From positions 1 through 46,259 of the IMG/VR virus record IMGVR_UViG_3300012942_000013: 46,259 nucleotides of DNA; one strand, given 5' to 3'. Both the position numbers and the translations under genes were made by a program. Below, piece after piece: positions 41,714 through 46,259 of the stretch. Positions within the stretch are counted from its first letter, which is position 1; each line of letters begins with the position of its first letter. Source of the DNA: a virus (lineage: Duplodnaviria; Caudoviricetes). The notes under the pieces were generated by a model, which worked only from the letters and a program-made list of their open reading frames with translations, searched no databases and had not been told where the DNA came from.

Positions 41714-44700
41714 TCATCGGTTCGCCCACGCTTCCGCGAAGCTGGCGCCGCTACTCGCTTCCGCGCGGTCGCCCCACGATTCTCCGAAGGACTGCCCTGC
41801 CGAGCCCTCGAAGTGGCCGAACCCTGATTCGGATTCCTGCTCTTTCGGGACGGTGATCGTTTCCTTCGGTTCGCGCAGGTACTGGACGAAGCTCTTGTCA
41901 TAGGAGTGCGGGACCGAGACGTGCGGATGGAAGGTGACGTGGCCACCTTCCTGTTCGAAGAGATCGTTCACGCCCGGCAGCCCCGAGGTGCCGAGTCCCC
42001 ACAGTGCCGCGATCAGCCGGTTCTCTTCGCCTTCGATCGGCTTGCCGTTGTACTGCTGACCCTTGAGCGCTTCCAGTACGGAGGAGAACTGGGCGAAGCT
42101 GGCTTTGCTGGCAGCTTCGAGCGGTTCGGAGGCGTAGCCGAAGCTGTTGTAGTTGGCCGTCGGCACGACACCGCCGTTGGCCAGCGGAATCGACCCCTGT
42201 AGCCAGCCAGGGAGCGGTTCTTTCCCGTATTTCTCCAGGCCGTACTGTTCCCGTTCGACCTGGTCGGCAGCCGCGGCAGCGGCCAAGAAGCCGGTCTGGA
42301 TCGAGCGGTGCGCGGGCATCGTGACGTAGACGTATTTGTAGGCCGCCCGCATCCAGGTCCAGAACGGGACGACGTTGGAGAGGACGCGGCGCGCCTCGGG
42401 CGACATCTGCGTGTAGTTGCCGAGCGTCTGCTCGAGGTTCTTCTGCAGGCGCACGCGCTTGGCCGGATCGTCGACACCTTTCGCCCAGTCCTTCACGATG
42501 TCGTCGGTCAGGCGCACCGATTTGAGCCACGACCCCTGCGTCGCTCGGATGTCCTGGCGGATCTGCTTGCCGAGGATGCCGTAGCTCGGCAGCGACTCGG
42601 AGAGGAGGGCGTTCGTCGCCAGCAGGTAATGCGAGAGACGCCCGACGACCTGGGGTAGGAACTTGACGGCCGCCTGAGCGGCCCCGTGTTTGTGGGACCA
42701 CTCGGCGGCGTCCCGGACGCTCTGGGCCAACTTGTTGCCGCCGGTGACGACGTTTTGCACACCGCGATGAGGGGCGAGCTCGTCGACCGACGAGTAGTGC
42801 GCGCCCGGCTTCACCTGTTCGAGGCGCTCCGTGCTCAGCGCCCGCTTTCCCTTCACCCCGGCGTAGAAGTCCAGCGGCGTCGCTCCACCCATGATCGTGC
42901 GCATGTAGTTGTCGAAGACGTTCCCGATATAGAAGCTGACCGAGAACGGGAGGACCGCGCGTTTGAACACGTTGGTGGCGGCCTGGATCGCTTTCAGGCC
43001 GGTGCCCGAACCCTCCGCGTCTTGCCTCAGGATCTCCGCCGCCTTGCGATCGACGAAGAGGTACTGCCCCGGTTTGATCGTCTCGGGGTGGGTGATCTGG
43101 TCGGCGAGGTGCTGCCCTGCGGCTTCCTCGATCGATACCGGGTCCTGGTGCTGGAGCGCGCCCTCGATCTCGTCGGCGGTCGACGCGAAGGGATAGCGGG
43201 GAACGGCCGCAAGACGCGTCCCCTCCGGAAAGCCGAAATGCGTCGGGTCTTCGATGACCCGCTTGGCGTCATCCCACGTCTCGACGTTCGGGACCTCGAT
43301 GCCGAACTGGCTCATCTGATCGTGCCACGCACGGGCCCGATCGACGAGTCCCTGCGACCGCCTCAGCTGACGCACCAGCGCCTCGACGCCGCCTTGGTGC
43401 ATCCCGGCGAGCACCGACTCCCCGGAGCGCGCGCCCTTGTCGAGTCCTGAACCCCCGAAGGAGGGGCGGTAGAAGTCGCCGGCGGTCGGAGCCTTGTGGC
43501 TCAGGAACCCGGGCGGCTCGATGTGGCTCGCCGCCATGTGGGTGTGGATCGCCTCCGTCGAAAGCGGATGACCCTCGCTGTCGAGCAGCTGCTCGTTGCC
43601 GTGCAGTCGCTTGATCTCCTGGATCTTCGCCCGGTCCTCCGGCGACGCATTCTCGAGTTCGAGTCCCTTCAGTTCCCCGCGAAGGTCTTCGATGTGCGCC
43701 GCGTCCTCATGCGACACGCCGTAGCCCGCGTCCATATAGATCCGCGCGTACGGGATCGCCGAGGCCTTCGCGGCCCTCTCGGGAGTGATGAGCTTGAGGT
43801 CGACCAGTTCGTCGAGGATCTCGTGCTGGATGGCGATGAACTTGTCGGCGCTCTCGACGGTGCGCACCGCCAGATGACCGTTCTTCTCGGCCTTGACGAC
43901 CCGACCGAGGGCCTTGGAGATGTCGCGATTCCGCTTCAGCTGGGCCTTGTTCAGGCGTGGCTTGCCATCGCGCGTTTCCTCCGCCGCACGGTCGATCAGC
44001 TCTTTGTAGGCCGCGGCGTCGTCGGTGAAGCTGCTCGGGTCGCGAAGGATCCGTTCGACCGCGAGGTGGACGACTTCGGCGCTCTTGCGGTCGATCCGGC
44101 GCAGCCCCTTCTTCGGGAGCGCCTTCTTGAGTTCGAGAAGCCGTTCCCGCGAGTGCGTCCGTCTCGTGCGCTCAGCGTCGGCTGCAGCTCTGCTGGCCGC
44201 CTCCTTAGCGAAGTGCGTTGCCCGGTGCGTGCCCGGTTTCGGCTGCGCCCATTTCGAGTTGTCGAAGGCCCGCTGGGCGAGATTGCGGAGAACGTCTCGC
44301 GAGTAGTTGCCTCGGTCGACGGCGACGCGGCTACCCGGGATCTCGACATCCGGTCGCGGCCCGACGTCGGCGACGTGGACACCAGGGACCGCACGGAGTC
44401 CGGCGCCCGCAACGCGACCAGCGGCGTTCAGCGCCCCCGACGCTTCGAGCCCCGAGTACAGCGGGTGGTGCTCGAGCGCCTCGAGCGCGCCCTTCGTGTC
44501 GCCTTCGGCCAGGTGCGGCAGCAACCCGGTCTGGCGCCACTGGTCGAGCAGGTTCTGCAGTTCGGCGCTGTTGCCGTTGGCGGCGTTGTACGCGGCTTTG
44601 CCGGTGAGGTAGATCGAGGGGATGACCGTCGATGGAAGGGTGATCGCTTCTTTCGCCAATGGGATCGGCGAGAGAGCGTTCCCGACCGCGTTCAGCAGCC

Positions 44701-45646
44701 CCGCGTAGTTGCCTTCTCCCGTGAACCCGGCCTCGAGAGCGCCGGGGTTCCGGTGGATGGCCGCCGTCGGGATCTGCAGCGCGATCGGCGAAAGGATCGG
44801 ATGGCGGATCGGATAGCTGGCGACTCTCGCGCCAGCCTTCCCGGCGACCTTGACCGGCGTGGGTACACGGTCGGCGAAGGCGTGCGCCGCCTGCTGACCC
44901 TTTTCGCGGGCTGCCTTGACGGCGTCGGGCTCGGCATCTCTCACCGCCTGCTTGACGGCGTCGGCTGCTGCGGCACGCTTCGCTCCCACCTTGGCGAAGG
45001 CATCCCGGACCGCATTGCTCGCGGCCTTCTCGCTCGCCGCACCCGTCGCCTCGCGCGCCGCGCCGCCGGCGGCCGCGTCGGCCGCAACGTCCGCAGCGCC
45101 TTTCCCGGCGATCGCCGCCAGGTCTCCGATACCTGACAGAGCCAGCACGGCGTTCGTCAGATCGGCCGGTTCCTTCAGCGCTTCATCGCGGCCCTGCGCG
45201 CGGAGATGTTCGACGGCGTCGAGAGTCGGCTTGCCGTAGATCCCGTGGATGTAGCCGCGCTGGGTCGGCGTCAGCGGCGCACCGGATTCGTAGGCCTGTT
45301 GACCTGCGATCGTCGGGTTGATCGAATCTTCCAGGCCGAGGCCCAGTCCACTCAGCGGGCTCTGCGGTAGGTAGAGGGCCCGACCGAAACGACGTTTGCC
45401 GATTACACCGGGTTGGTTGACGCGACCTTCGTGTTCACGGCGCAGGCTCGTCGGGATCTGTGCGGCCGTCGTCGGCGTGACTTCGGCGCGAGCTCGTTCG
45501 GTGGCCGCTCGGTTGCGGTCACCGGTCGGGACATCGGGCAGCGGCGTACGCCCCTCGTGCTGGGCGATGCGGTTGCCGCGGCGACGGCGCTGCCGCGTCG
45601 TCCCCATGGGGATGCGTCCCTCGTGTTCGGCGAGCCGATTGGCCAC
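41714..45646 (-). CDS. Large DNA ejection/internal virion protein (1310 aa)
   Basis: Largest ORF, helical; C-terminal GNY..MSP..VVPFWTWMR..LPGWL region typical of podovirus injection proteins. Confidence 0.75.
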   Translation of the reverse strand: MANRLAEHEGRIPMGTTRQRRRRGNRIAQHEGRTPLPDVPTGDRNRAATERARAEVTPTTAAQIPTSLRREHEGRVNQPGVIGKRRFGRALYLPQSPLSGLGLGLEDSINPTIAGQQAYESGAPLTPTQRGYIHGIYGKPTLDAVEHLRAQGRDEALKEPADLTNAVLALSGIGDLAAIAGKGAADVAADAAAGGAAREATGAASEKAASNAVRDAFAKVGAKRAAAADAVKQAVRDAEPDAVKAAREKGQQAAHAFADRVPTPVKVAGKAGARVASYPIRHPILSPIALQIPTAAIHRNPGALEAGFTGEGNYAGLLNAVGNALSPIPLAKEAITLPSTVIPSIYLTGKAAYNAANGNSAELQNLLDQWRQTGLLPHLAEGDTKGALEALEHHPLYSGLEASGALNAAGRVAGAGLRAVPGVHVADVGPRPDVEIPGSRVAVDRGNYSRDVLRNLAQRAFDNSKWAQPKPGTHRATHFAKEAASRAAADAERTRRTHSRERLLELKKALPKKGLRRIDRKSAEVVHLAVERILRDPSSFTDDAAAYKELIDRAAEETRDGKPRLNKAQLKRNRDISKALGRVVKAEKNGHLAVRTVESADKFIAIQHEILDELVDLKLITPERAAKASAIPYARIYMDAGYGVSHEDAAHIEDLRGELKGLELENASPEDRAKIQEIKRLHGNEQLLDSEGHPLSTEAIHTHMAASHIEPPGFLSHKAPTAGDFYRPSFGGSGLDKGARSGESVLAGMHQGGVEALVRQLRRSQGLVDRARAWHDQMSQFGIEVPNVETWDDAKRVIEDPTHFGFPEGTRLAAVPRYPFASTADEIEGALQHQDPVSIEEAAGQHLADQITHPETIKPGQYLFVDRKAAEILRQDAEGSGTGLKAIQAATNVFKRAVLPFSVSFYIGNVFDNYMRTIMGGATPLDFYAGVKGKRALSTERLEQVKPGAHYSSVDELAPHRGVQNVVTGGNKLAQSVRDAAEWSHKHGAAQAAVKFLPQVVGRLSHYLLATNALLSESLPSYGILGKQIRQDIRATQGSWLKSVRLTDDIVKDWAKGVDDPAKRVRLQKNLEQTLGNYTQMSPEARRVLSNVVPFWTWMRAAYKYVYVTMPAHRSIQTGFLAAAAAADQVEREQYGLEKYGKEPLPGWLQGSIPLANGGVVPTANYNSFGYASEPLEAASKASFAQFSSVLEALKGQQYNGKPIEGEENRLIAALWGLGTSGLPGVNDLFEQEGGHVTFHPHVSVPHSYDKSFVQYLREPKETITVPKEQESESGFGHFEGSAGQSFGESWGDRAEASSGASFAEAWANR

Positions 45647-45649
45647 GGC

Positions 45650-46136
45650 TCAGCCTTCGGCGACTTCCCCGCCGTCGGCCGGGAGTTTTCCGCGGTGCTG
45701 CAGCTGGGCGAGCTGTTTGCGGAGCATTTCGACCGCTTCCAGTGCGTCCTGATAGCTCCCCGCTCCCGCTTCCTTCTTGACGACCTTGACGAATTCTTCC
45801 CATTCGGGAGCGGAGTGGGGCGGTTTGAGTTCGTTGCCCTTCTTCGTTTCTTCGCCGTGGTGGGCGAGCAGGTACTTGTAGCCCGAGAGGGCCACGTCGT
45901 ACATGCTCTGGACGTTGTCGCTGACTTCGGCCGTGCCGCCGGGCCCGTAGGTCTTGAGCGCGGCCTTGCGGTGGTTCTCCTTAACTTCGGCGGCGTGCTC
46001 GCGTTCGTTCTTCGCGACTTCCTGGCGATGCGATCGCTCGCGCTCTTCCTGTTCCTTCAGCGACTGCGCGCCGCTCGAGCGGGAACTTTCGAGCAGGTTG
46101 TCGAAGTCGGAGGCGATCCCCGCCTGCCGTTTGGCG
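45650..46136 (-). CDS. 3' part of junction-spanning protein begun at 401
   Basis: Open frame from window end to TGA at 45650. Confidence 0.8.
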
Positions 46137-46259
46137 CGATCTTCCAGGAGGCCCTGCCGGGCTTCCCTCTGTGCCTTGTTCCGTTCTTCCGCCGCGCCCG
46201 CGTACGCGTATGGGAGTGCCTGTACGGCTTCGCCCTGACGGGCGCTCAGGCCCTGGATC
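46137..46259. repeat. Terminal direct repeat copy 2
   Basis: Identical to 1-123. Confidence 0.95.

Noticed and set aside
2549-45136. Long plus-strand ORFs (e.g. 2549..4297, 10554..12968, 39397..40830, 43496..45136)
   Set aside because: Antisense shadows of real genes in high-GC DNA; no SD or recognisable motifs

Overview
Apparently complete, circularly assembled genome (about 46,136 bp unique; bases 1-123 repeat at 46137-46259) of a high-GC temperate, short-tailed (P22/SU10-like) dsDNA phage. The host is probably an actinobacterium, plausibly Thermoleophilia/Solirubrobacterales, inferred from protein style only. Almost all genes are on the minus strand: a cro/repressor switch (36.4-37.1 kb); an early operon with Rad52/Sak annealase, Cas4/RecB-like nuclease, xis and tyrosine integrase, followed by a candidate attP; a C5 DNA methyltransferase, SLOG protein and mosaic small-ORF region; RusA and a minimal primase module; then terminases, portal, head appendages, scaffold, capsid, tail, ejection proteins and a lysis cassette. 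The most notable observations are: (1) a C5-MTase whose motif IX lies in a second, fully overlapping reading frame (M.EcoHK31I-like two-chain enzyme); (2) a non-canonical promoter-like motif, GTC[CAT]G-N10-NANNNT, at about ten sites, mostly 6-7 nt before leaderless late genes and sometimes bidirectional; (3) two mosaic genes built from the same ordered DNA linker repeats flanking unrelated inserts; (4) a repeated HEGR motif shared by the N-termini of two ejection proteins; (5) a candidate anti-SD small RNA convergent with a small hydrophobic peptide; (6) an adaptor gene that seems to start at ATC. All functional calls come from motif recognition by eye; no searches were run.
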